In this document: positions 1 through 10,016 of the stretch, piece after piece
Layout of the letters: each line of letters starts with the position of its first letter
How positions within the stretch are numbered: position 1 is the stretch's first letter
Assembly: GCA_000708835.1 (NCBI GenBank)
Contig: DF237765.1
Span: forward strand, 1-32,100
Reading direction: 5' to 3'
Origin: Klebsormidium nitens
Lineage: Eukaryota > Plantae > Klebsormidiophyceae
Length of the DNA stretch: 32,100 nucleotides
Made by a program: the position numbers and the translations under genes
The notes under the pieces: generated by a model
Database searches by the model: none
What the model was told of the DNA's origin: nothing
What the model saw: only the letters and a program-made list of their open reading frames with translations

Positions 1-200
1 GGCCTACCATTTGAAGTTCGGCATTATCTCTACGGTCAGGATGCAGCCACTCGGATCGGACGGTGCAGGAGCGTTACCGATGTGACGAATTCGGCACTGA
101 CGTTAAATATTGCTGCAGAGGATTTGCCAGCTCAGCCCCCCGCCGCGATCGATGTCGCACGAAAGGGCCGACCGTCGAAATTGTACAAACTTAGGAACCT

Positions 201-395
201 GCAACCGGGCAGAAGGAGAATGCTCGGAGTACGGGGTCGGTCGATAGACTTAGAGACTTGGGATTGAGCCGAAAGGTTATTTCTGTAGTTCCAAGGTGCC
301 CGGAAAACTCGGACCGAGGAGGAGGGTGGATCTGCCGGGGACAACGAGGTGTGAGTGACCGTACTTGGAGGAATGCGCGGGCCTCAGGATGGTGA
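201..395 (+). repeat. Dispersed repeat, copy 1 (homologous to 31192-31371)
   Basis: Hand alignment gives roughly 85% identity with two small indels. Shared blocks include GCAACCGGGCAGAAGGAGAA, CGATAGACTTAGAG and AAACTCGGACCGAGGAGGAGGGTGGA. Confidence 0.9.
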
Positions 396-1068
396 TAGCC
401 TTGGGGTGACAATGTACTCTCCAAGTAACATCAGTGGTGGCCAGACTGGAAGGTGTGATAGTGCCGGTAGTAGCAAGCAAGTCCAGCTGAAGCAAGCCTC
501 TTTCGACCAGATCGCTTCAGGTGAAGTGAGGGTGGACTATCACAGCTGTTTGGAGCGCGTTGCAGTGAAATGCCTGACCTGCTTGCAACAGCTGTGGGTC
601 AAGGTGGACGGCTGTTTGCGGCACACATCTCGTAAAAACCAGGAGCGCAGAGGAGTTTGCAAGGGCTACTTGGTCAGCTCGCAAGTGCCAAAGGGCAAGC
701 AGACAAAACAGGTGGTCTGCCTTAGCTGCATAGATAGGCTGCTCGGCAGTACTGCCGAGAGCGCGGACGGGCGATCCATCCTGTTGAATAGGAGGCAGGA
801 TGGTGGCGAGGATGCAGCGATCCTCCAGCGGCGTGGAGAGGACGCATTCTGGACCCAGACCCTCGAGCTGACAGATAAGCTGGTTGCTTTCCTCGTACAA
901 CGTGATGAGAGCACGGCCGTCGGCAGAAAGCGGCGGCTCAGCGCAGCGGAGCAGGTCGTTAACAAAGGGGCGGCAAAGGGGATGCGCCCGAGAGAGGGCA
1001 GAGTGCCAGGATGCCAGGGAGTTACCGCGGGAGCCTCCGTGAGTGCCTCGGTGCTTTTATTTTCTTGA
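355..1068 (+). CDS. Cys-rich ORF (237 aa), possibly a 5' exon or accessory ORF of the KDZ element
   Basis: Open for 237 codons, with CLTC..W..C..H..C..CLSC spacing, on the same strand as and directly upstream of the KDZ gene. No family recognised and no splice link established. Confidence 0.3.
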   Translation: MTVLGGMRGPQDGDSLGVTMYSPSNISGGQTGRCDSAGSSKQVQLKQASFDQIASGEVRVDYHSCLERVAVKCLTCLQQLWVKVDGCLRHTSRKNQERRGVCKGYLVSSQVPKGKQTKQVVCLSCIDRLLGSTAESADGRSILLNRRQDGGEDAAILQRRGEDAFWTQTLELTDKLVAFLVQRDESTAVGRKRRLSAAEQVVNKGAAKGMRPREGRVPGCQGVTAGASVSASVLLFS

Positions 1069-3135
1069 TCAACCATCAGAACAATCCTACTGGCAGGCAT
1101 GGCGGAATCGACATTGACATTGGATGTACTTTGTAAGGCTCGTGAGAATTGCCTCAGATGCCAGTGCGAAAGGAATCAGCATAAGAGGGGATTCCGGGAC
1201 TTTCACCTGGTGCTCAGATTGCTCCGAAAAGACCCCAATTGCCAGCTCATGGGCTATCGTCTGCGGACTCTCTTTGATGGATGCGACTTTGATAGACTTG
1301 GAAGATTAGTCCTTCAGATGCCCGATGGAGACGAGAAGACACTTATCGATCTGGTCGGTCCTTGCAGGAGGGCACGGAGGGACAACAGCCTGCCCCTGCA
1401 ACGGACATCAGAGCTCAGGCCGGGCGCTTCCTTGGGCTCGTCGGAGAGGGCGAATGCCGCGTGATGGAACCCGCCGGGGTCGGACGGCCATTGCTCAGGC
1501 TCTATGTGTCCGCCTGGGATCACAACGGTTGTGGCAGGGCAAAGCGACTAGGGAAGCCCGACAAGACCTCTGCGCTCCTCGAGCAGGTCTGGTGGGACAC
1601 GCGAGGCCAGCTCAACTGCACGTGCGATCGAGGGCGCCTCACCGAACACGCGCCGTGCGTCCACAAGCTCACCATGGCGGCCCTCAGCGAGGGATGGTCG
1701 GCTGGGGCCGATCTGCCTACGGTGCAGGAGCTGAAGCGAGGCGTGAGGGTCGAGAGATTGGCCTCAGACGAGAGGGGGGACTACCTCGCCGTGTTGGACA
1801 ACCCTTCCGGTGCGTTGAGCCCCCAGCGGCGGATGTTGTTTTGCTCCACGGGGGGCGCTTGGTATTGCGAGGGCAAGCGAGACGGTTGCCCTTCGTTGAC
1901 CGATTGCTCGCACGTCAGCGCAGCCAGGTTTGCTCTCGAGAAGGGGCAGCTTTCCTCGACACAGAGTCTAGAGCTAGCACCAGAGACGCTCGCAAGGGCC
2001 GCGCAGTGGCTCGAGCGCTGGGACAGTACCCCTCCTCGGATTGGGGTGCCCACGGCGGGCGCAACTTCTGGGAGGTTGCGAGCATCCGTCCCGGATGAGG
2101 AGCGAGGCGAGGCTGAGCTGACGAAGGAGCAACGGTACCTCATGGGGTTGCTCGCAAAGCAGCCGCACGAGGGAGCGGCCTGTGCCGGGAGCTCGTGCTT
2201 CTGCAAGAGGCACGCCTACCTCTTCGGTGAGGCGCGGCCGCCATCTGAAGCAGAGGCAGGGGGAGGAGAGAGGATTACTCAGTCAGGAACGCACGCGTCG
2301 AGGGATGCCTCAGCGGGGAGTCCGCCTCGCAAGCGCTCGCGGAGGTCGAAAGCTTTTTGGGAGGCGAAAGCAAAGGCGCAAGTGCCGGCGCTTCGCAGCC
2401 GACCTCCGGAGAGGCGCGCGCCGGCCGCAGACGCTCGTGGCAAGGATGCAATCCACGGGTGGGTAGCCGCCTGCTCGGGCTGCACGTTGGCCTCGGTGGC
2501 TGCAGTGGGTGGGTGCAGCCATGGGGAGGAGGAGCGCATCACGTCTCCTGTGATGCTCATTGGCACCGAGGCGGTCCAGCTCACGAAACCGAAGCTGGCA
2601 AGGTTGAGCGACGCGACGAACTTCCATGATCCTTGGTTGACGGCATTTGGAGAGCCCCCGGTCCGGGTCAGCAAGCTCCGGGATTGGCACTTTCAGAAGC
2701 TTTCCGACCTGGGCCTGCTGAGCGCGCCCTGTCCAATAGAAGCCCCTCCGTGCGGCGGCACGTGGAAGGAGGTATGGGTCTCGAGAGGCTTCCGTCACAG
2801 CCTCGCAATGGAGCCAGAAGGTTCGGGTGCGGATCTACCACTGCACGTGTCTCGACCAGGCCCACACGATCCATTTCGACGGAGAGCACCTCGGCCTGTA
2901 CACCTGGAACCGGCAGACCCTCTTCGTTCAGGAGAGCCTCCAGCTCATCCTCAGAGGCATGCAGAAGGGCCATTCCTTCAAGGCGGAGCTATCCAGAGAC
3001 CAGGCCGCCTTCGAGAGGTCCCCGGGGGCGGAGGTCCTGAACGAGGAGACGTGGCGCAGGGCGAGTCTCGACTTCTTCAAGCTGGTCGGCCTCGGTATCC
3101 GAGACTGCTGCACGCTGTGCGGGCCCCACCCTAAG

Positions 3136-3356
3136 GTGAGCGCATCGTGCAGTACGGTCGTCTCAAGGCCGCAACTTGTTTGGGAGATTCGTAAATAGCA
3201 AGGGGGGCTGGGCTGCGGAACACATTGACAGATCTTTGTTCTTTGTGAAAGAAGGTGTTTCCAGAATTGCAAGTGGGTGCAATTGAAGTCCGATGTACAC
3301 GTATAATCTGGGCAAGTTTGGATTGCAACCGCTTCGGTGCGCACACGTACGCGTAG
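3136..3356 (+). other. Spliceosomal intron in the KDZ transposase gene
   Basis: AAG|GTGAGC ... CGTAG|GTG CTT CTG TGC GAC GGG. Removal gives the expected C..CGPHPKVLLCDG. Confidence 0.85.
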
Positions 3357-4891
3357 GTGCTTCTGTGCGACGGGATTGTCGGACTGGCAAACTCGGACGG
3401 CGGGAAGAAACCGGGCGGCCTCGGCAGCGCGACCCTCGACACGCGGCGCACCTTCCTGCATCCGAGCAGGTTCGCGAACGGAGAGCTGCTGGAGACGAGG
3501 TCGATCTCGGGCCGCGACTTCTGCGCAGCGGGCCTCGAGGGCGGCGGCATGAAGCGGAAGCTCATCCTCCAGCCTGAGCTGCGAGAGGCGATTGCACGAC
3601 TCTCTCAGCACCGCCCGAAGGACGAGAAGCTCGGGCGGAGGCTCTCAAAAAAGGAGTTCGCGAACCTGCTGAGCGCTCTGTCGAGCGATCCCTGTACCGT
3701 CAAAGGCTTCGGCCCCGGCGAGGCAGAGGGGGCGCTGCCGGAGGACGGCAGAAGGCGGATGCTAATTGAGCAGCGTACGATGGTGAGGGACAGGAACCTT
3801 GCGCTGCTGGAGCTCCTGAAGGGCATACAAAGGGACTTCGAACGGCGTGGAATGAATCCAAAAATTTGGGAGAGCTGGATATGCGAATGGACGGAACTTC
3901 TCTACTCCCTGGGCGCCCACGACAGCGACGAGGACCTCATCGGAGGGGATGCGCTACATGTGGTCCGTAAGCTTCTCCTTGGCAGCGAAGCCTCACTGGA
4001 GGACCGACGGTCGTTGGGGAGATCGGCACCAATCTTGAGGAGGGTCCTGGATGCCTACGGCGGGCTGACCTTCCCCGCCTTCTTCATGGCGGTCCTCCAT
4101 CAGCTTTACTTGCTCACCTTGCTTGCACGAGGGTTGACGGGGTTCGAGGCGGAGGGCCGACGAGGTTGGGTCTACGACGCGATCGAGCCATTCGACAGGG
4201 CTGTTTGGCTACTCGCGGAGGAGAGGGTACGGCCGTTAGATATTGACGAGCGCAGGCGACTAGAGGAGGCACGTGCCTCGGCGAACGCGCTGCTCCCGGG
4301 CGTGGAGCAATTGGAACCGAGCCCCCAGCAGTGGGGCTCAATGGGAGGGCGGGAGAGGGCTCTGCTCTTTGAGCGGCTGGGACGAGACGAGGACGGCGTC
4401 GAGCTATCCGAGCTTCCCGCTGGGCATAGCTTCAGCGCCGAGCAGGACGCGCTGGCGCGCTACGATTTGCCGGGGTGGACGCAGTGGCGCGGCTTGCCAC
4501 ATTTCAGCAGCTTCGAGCATCCAAACGGGCTCAGCAAAGGGGCTGAGGAGTTCAAGTGTGCTACGGGGAAATCGGTGACAGAGTGGGATTTCGAGAATGT
4601 GCCCGGCCTGGTCAAGGGTGGCGGAAAGGCGGGCAAGAAGGGGGCGGTTGCAAAGCGTCCCAATCGGAGCCGGGGCATGTTCGTGTTTTGCTGTCCGCAC
4701 CGGTTGATTTATGGGTTTCATGTCATGCTGAGGGGCGAGTCTCCAAGGGATCCGTTCACCGTGCTGTTCACGCGGCTGAAGCGAGAGGACTTGCCCGAAA
4801 CCCTGTGTTACGACAACGCCTGCGCCTTGCGCAACTACTGTATGCGCCGGGCCCCGGCCTTCTTCGCCAACGTTCGATTCGTCGTTGACAG

Positions 4892-5044
4892 GTGAGCGGC
4901 TGCCTTCCTTTGCTTTTTGCAACGGGTGCATTGGCTCTTGAGTCGAATGTGTACATTCAAGCCTATGTGTGGCAAACGAACGCGCCATGTAAGTGCTAGC
5001 TCAATCTCGATTGAGTGCTGATGTACACATGTCTTGTTTTACAA
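4892..5044 (+). other. Spliceosomal intron in the KDZ gene with a mutated acceptor
   Basis: Donor AG|GTGAGC after VVD. Joining to 5045 gives VVDRFHYSK, but 5043-5044 read AA (TTTTACAA|ATTTCAC) where AG is expected. Confidence 0.65.
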
Positions 5045-5373
5045 ATTTCACTACTCGAAGGCGGGGGCCGAGGTGCATAAGTGTGGGCCCAGCAACTCCG
5101 TGGACTCCTACGACGCGCTACGCTCGGTCAACACAAGCGCGGTGGAATCGGTCAACAGCTTCCTGAAAGGCTTCCGATCGCTGGGGTGGTACAGTAGCCT
5201 GGAAAGCTTCATGGTTATCCTTCCGCTCCTTCTGGACGCGTACAATGCGAGATTAAAGCGCGTTGACGATGCCAAGCTTTGCGTTGCCATTGCAGCGGGG
5301 GCATGGACGGCTGCAATCACGAGGGCGTTGTTGCACGGCTAGTTGGGCGCGCCAAATAGCCTCGTTTGTCGGT

Positions 5374-5846
5374 TGATACGGACCTGATACAAAAAACAGA
5401 GACTGTATCACTGTATCACCTTTTTCACTTGAATGAAAAAGGTGGACATTCGGTTCTCTGTAGACGCCGTTTATTGCTCAAGCGGTTGAACACTATGCAA
5501 TGTTCAGGACTCGTGACCTGAATGTCCATGTTCGCTGCGCAAATCGCAAAAAAGAGGGTGATACGCTTGATACGCCTGATACACTTTTCGTATAGCAGAG
5601 CATTATATATACAAATAAACAAACATTTTTTTAAAAAAATATATGATATACATTGTATTGTATCTTGTATCAAATGTATCACCCCTAAATGCATCATCTA
5701 TGCGTTGTCTACGCCCCTCCCGCCCCTGCTGGCCAGGACTGCATTTTTGCGGCCTTGAAATTGGCCCTGAAGGCCGTGACATCAGCGCCGTTCGGGTGCT
5801 GATACCCGCTTTTTGGGAAGCCCGAATGTTTGTATCAAATGTATCA
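5374..5846. promoter_or_regulatory. Iteron-type replication-origin-like region (TGATAC/GTATCA hexamers, AT-rich core 5583-5659)
   Basis: TGATAC at 5374, 5385, 5559, 5568, 5577 and 5800. GTATCA at 5405, 5413, 5667, 5676, 5832 and 5841, plus GTATCT at 5660. They form three head-to-head groups immediately 3' of the helicase stop codon. Confidence 0.7.
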
Positions 5847-5855
5847 CTCACCTTC

Positions 5856-8766
5856 TCAGTCATCACCCGCCGATTCCTCTTGCATTTCCTTCTCGGTCTT
5901 GAGACGGATTCCGAAAAAGCCTCCTCTCCTCCCGGATCCGTCTAGCATCCGGATCATCCTATTCTTTTTGCCATCTTGTGGCGTGCTCGTAAAGCCCTTA
6001 ATGTTCATCGCTCTCGCCAAGCTGTCCCCTGCTAAGCTCGTGTCGTGCCCACCCGCACACAGGAACTCGAAGAATCGGTCCACGAAGTCGACCTTCGTGA
6101 CGCTTAACGAGACGCCTGTCACGCACGATTCGTCGATGGAACATTGAAGCTTGTCGTTCTCCGCTGCATACTCCCGTGCCGCAGCACGGCATCCCTCCGG
6201 AATGGGAGAGAGAACCTTCGATTCCGGAGATTGCTCTTTCTTCGCATAGTACTTCATTGCGCCCTCCACGCAAAAGTCCAGTACATCCGCCGCTCCTTCG
6301 GCCGATTCAAAGTACGACTTGAGCGTCAGGTCCATTGGTTTGTGTCTCTTGTTGTTCCGATCCAGTTCGTCCGGTGACTTGAATATAAAATCGAACATGA
6401 GCAGCACGATCCTGCGGACCAACGCGGCATCATCGCTCGGGAAATGCGGCCTGAAATTCGTGAAGAGGCATAGCTTGTACCGAGGAATGTAAACCTGCGG
6501 TTTGCAGAAAAGCTCTCGCGCTTCGATAGGATTGCCAGAGGCCGCTTCTTTCAGAAACGATCCGTTCAGATGATCATCCTTCTCTGATTCGTCATTTGTA
6601 ACGAAGCGTTTCGACTTGATGCACATCAGATGGGACGAAGCTGCTGACGCGTTTGCCTTGAAAGTGGGCTTGATAAAGATCGCCTTGTTACCGGCCGTGC
6701 TGTAGCTTCCGAACGCCCGACGTATTGCAGTTGCGAGCACGCTCTTCCCGTTTGAACCCTCCCCGTTCATGATAATAATTAGCTCCTCGCTCGTCTCGCC
6801 AGTTAGGCAATATCCCAAAAATATCTGAAGCCAATCAATGTACTCCGGTGGGAGGACGTCCATCGAGAAAGTGCGGAAGCGGGCCGTTGAGCTCTTCGAA
6901 GCGCCCTTAATGTATGTGCAGGTAGTATTGTTGCATAGATCTTGCGGGTGATGCGGCGAGAGGTCGCCTGTTCGGAGGTCGATCACTCCGTTCGGAGCAT
7001 TGGCGACATGGTTGTCTTGATCGAATAGGTCCATTAGATCTTCGACGTAGAGCTCGTTGACAATGGCTGGCAAGCACTTTCGCACATCAGCAATGTCTTG
7101 CACGTTAATCTTGCCGAAGCTTGGTAAGCTCTGATCTCTTTGCTTGAGACATGCCTGTTCGGCGAGCTTGGTCAGTTCCGCTTGCTGTTTAGAGATGGTC
7201 CGAGTATTCTCCTCTGAGATTCCTTAAAGATCGGAGTGCTGCGAGCGCAGGTTTGCCAAGTACCTCTCCCTTTTTCCCTTGTACCATAGAAGGAGGCAGC
7301 CCATCTGAGAGGTGAAGGCGCTTTCGACCAGATTTGAGACGTCTTGCGCCCACGAAGCACCGTTCCACACGTAGAAGTACGATGTATCCTTCTTCTTCTC
7401 CGACTTGTCTTTCGTGGCGAGAATCCTCCCTTCGATCGCATAGATGTAGGCAAACAGTCGCCCCCAGATTGAAATATGCTTGAGGCGCGGCGTGCTCGGC
7501 CACGATCTTGAGGAGGAGCTGTTGCACCTCTTCGTTCCCTCGAGTGTATTGCGTGATGGCTTGCATATCGTCGAAGTGGTGGACCGGCTGCGTGGTCGCG
7601 TCTTGCAGCGCAGCTTTCAGGCTTAGCACACCGAGCTTCTTCGGAGGTCTATGGGAGCAATCCTGGCCATGGCAGCGATAGTACACGTTGCGCCCGCGCT
7701 TCAGCAGATTAAAGTTATTGCTCCCAGTGTGACGATGCCCGAGGTAGCACGTCCTCGGCCCTCTCGTCCTGTAGCAGAAGTACGTTCCGTATAGGCCATG
7801 CGGCAACGTGCTCGCGTACGTGTTCGAAGAATCACCGGCCTTTTTTCTCAGCATGTTGGAGAGCTCGGTCCTCAGGAGGGTCGTGTCGTTCGACGGTCTG
7901 TTAAAAGCTGATGGTTGGTCATCATTGCGGTTAGTTGGATCCACCTGATTAGCCAAAGCGCATACTGCCGGGATCTCGGGGCTACCCACTGATTGGATCT
8001 CACTGGTGGAGCCGCTATCACCGCCATTATTAACCAATGTGCATAACCATCTGGGCATTTCGGAGCAAGTTTCATAGCTTGGTGGACCGTTTAGCCACTC
8101 GTAGCTTAGAAGCTTCCCCTGACCGTCCCTGTAGCATGCCGGGTCAGCATATACGCAACCTCCAACGGAGCGACCATCAATACCATACGGGAGGTCGCCG
8201 CCCGATTTCAAGCCTGCAAAGTTCGACTTGCGAATGAGGCCGGGACTGTTGCTTTTAAAGTACAGGTGAAATCCATTTGACCCGGTCTTTGCCCTCAGTG
8301 TCGACGGTTCACCATGAGTGGCAACCAAGCGGTTCCAAAGCTCCGTCCCTGGAAGCTTCTTTTTGGTGCTTGAATTGTCGACATCTATAACCATCAGAGC
8401 GCTTGGGCCCGTAAGAATAGCAAGCCCGTTTGCATCCGGCACCTCTAAGAGGGCAGTGGCAATGGACTTTTGCCAAGAGTCTCGGTCCTTGATGTGCCCC
8501 CACCTGCTGGGAAAGACGGCGTCCTTCTTCCCCTTACCCTCATTACCCATCGAATCCCAAAACATGCGCACTGGAATAGCATATAGACCCTTGTCTGCGA
8601 GGTTCATGATTGCCTCCTTGATGTTCGGCGGCCCTGGGGCCTTGATCGGGTTGGGGGTCGAGGCCCTAGGACCGACGACATTGGATGCGTGCTCAAAGCC
8701 TGATGCAGCCATTCTTTCTACACTCATCACAAGGAAAAAATCGAACCGTTCTGAACGCGGCCACAT
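5856..8766 (-). pseudogene. Rep A: bifunctional primase-polymerase (Prim-Pol) + UL52/PrimPol-type Zn finger + D5_N + SF3 (D5/P4-alpha-like) helicase + C-terminal winged helix; intronless, 1 frameshift + 1 stop
   Basis: Prim-Pol motifs LMVIDVD, KTGSNGFHLYF and GIDGRSVGG. ZnF CYLGHRHTGSNNF..YYRCHGQDC. D5_N YFYVWNGASW and NAPNGVIDLRTG. Walker A GEGSNGKS, Walker B FVTNDE, motif C CLFTN, Arg finger VRRI. There is one extra base in the C5 run at 7461-7465 and an in-frame TAA at 7224-7226. The start (ATG at 8766 or a later ATG) is uncertain. Confidence 0.9.
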
Positions 8767-8790
8767 TTTATGCTGCGGTCGAATATCCCG

Positions 8791-9582
8791 NNNNNNNNNN
8801 NNNNNNNNNNNNNNNNNNNNNNNNNNNNNNNNNNNNNNNNNNNNNNNNNNNNNNNNNNNNNNNNNNNNNNNNNNNNNNNNNNNNNNNNNNNNNNNNNNNN
8901 NNNNNNNNNNNNNNNNNNNNNNNNNNNNNNNNNNNNNNNNNNNNNNNNNNNNNNNNNNNNNNNNNNNNNNNNNNNNNNNNNNNNNNNNNNNNNNNNNNNN
9001 NNNNNNNNNNNNNNNNNNNNNNNNNNNNNNNNNNNNNNNNNNNNNNNNNNNNNNNNNNNNNNNNNNNNNNNNNNNNNNNNNNNNNNNNNNNNNNNNNNNN
9101 NNNNNNNNNNNNNNNNNNNNNNNNNNNNNNNNNNNNNNNNNNNNNNNNNNNNNNNNNNNNNNNNNNNNNNNNNNNNNNNNNNNNNNNNNNNNNNNNNNNN
9201 NNNNNNNNNNNNNNNNNNNNNNNNNNNNNNNNNNNNNNNNNNNNNNNNNNNNNNNNNNNNNNNNNNNNNNNNNNNNNNNNNNNNNNNNNNNNNNNNNNNN
9301 NNNNNNNNNNNNNNNNNNNNNNNNNNNNNNNNNNNNNNNNNNNNNNNNNNNNNNNNNNNNNNNNNNNNNNNNNNNNNNNNNNNNNNNNNNNNNNNNNNNN
9401 NNNNNNNNNNNNNNNNNNNNNNNNNNNNNNNNNNNNNNNNNNNNNNNNNNNNNNNNNNNNNNNNNNNNNNNNNNNNNNNNNNNNNNNNNNNNNNNNNNNN
9501 NNNNNNNNNNNNNNNNNNNNNNNNNNNNNNNNNNNNNNNNNNNNNNNNNNNNNNNNNNNNNNNNNNNNNNNNNNNNNNNNNN
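8791..9582. other. Assembly gap (N run), possibly overestimated
   Basis: 792 Ns. Both flanks carry ATATCCCG (8783-8790 and 9583-9590). Confidence 0.95.
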
Positions 9583-9618
9583 ATATCCCGTTTTATTTCC
9601 TAGCAACTACACAGGACA

Positions 9619-9995
9619 ATGTCCATGGTCTACGAAGATGCTGCCAGCTTTGAGGACGACGCCAGACCGTGCCCGTGCCGCGCATGCGAGAACCACAGGC
9701 GTTATCAGCGGTTGCATCCAGAAAGGCACAAAGAGCAAGTGAGGGCATATTACGGTCGCAATCAAGAGAAGATCCTCCTGCAAAAACATATGCGCGATAT
9801 GTTGCAGGCCACACGAAGAAATTCCACGAACAAACTCTCGTGAGGCTGAAAAAGGCAGGATTCTCGATCCCACCGGACACAACGTCAAGATTCACTAAGG
9901 AGGACGGACTCTCTGGAGATATTCCGTCATATATATCAGCTGAGGCCTACTGGTGGATATCTCACAGTGCTGCGATCCCGCTCAAACCTCAATGA
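9619..9995 (+). CDS. Small Cys/basic protein (CPCRAC + YYGRNQEKILLQK motif), one frameshift
   Basis: ORF 9619-9843 and ORF 9669-9995 join if one A is added to the A5 run at 9782-9786, giving ..EKILLQK-TYARYVAGHTKKFHEQTLVRLKKAGF... It is divergent from Rep A and convergent with the recombinase. Confidence 0.55.
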
Positions 9996-10016
9996 CAAAG
10001 AGGTGTACATTGAGAC

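Larger units (their letters stand above)
1099..5342 (+). pseudogene. KDZ-superfamily (Kyakuja-Dileera-Zisupton) transposase with N-terminal SWIM-like and CxC cysteine-cluster domains; disrupted
   Basis: SWIM-like motifs CTCDRG..PCVHK and CEG..C..CSHV. CxC region CPIEAPPCGGTW..RIYHCTC..IHFDGEHLGLYTWN..CCTLCGPHPK|VLLCDG. KDZ core GMFVFCCPHRLIYGFHVMLRGESPRDPF, LCYDNACAL, VVDR|FHY..HKC and NTSAVESVNSFL. Intron 3136-3356 (GTGAGC..CGTAG) joins PK to VLLCDG in phase 0. Intron 4892-5044 restores DRFH, but its acceptor reads AA rather than AG. Frameshifts near 1350-1360 and 2807. Confidence 0.85.

Noticed and set aside
1325-4988. Overlapping and antisense ORFs over the KDZ gene (e.g. 1325-2098, 2310-2798, 2928-3611, 4404-4988)
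   Set aside because: These are GC-rich shadow frames of a recognisable gene and carry no motifs.
7189-9742. Long ORFs running through the N gap (805, 474, 322 and 277 aa)
   Set aside because: Their lengths are artefacts of translating Ns. Only the part below 8790 on the minus strand is real coding sequence.
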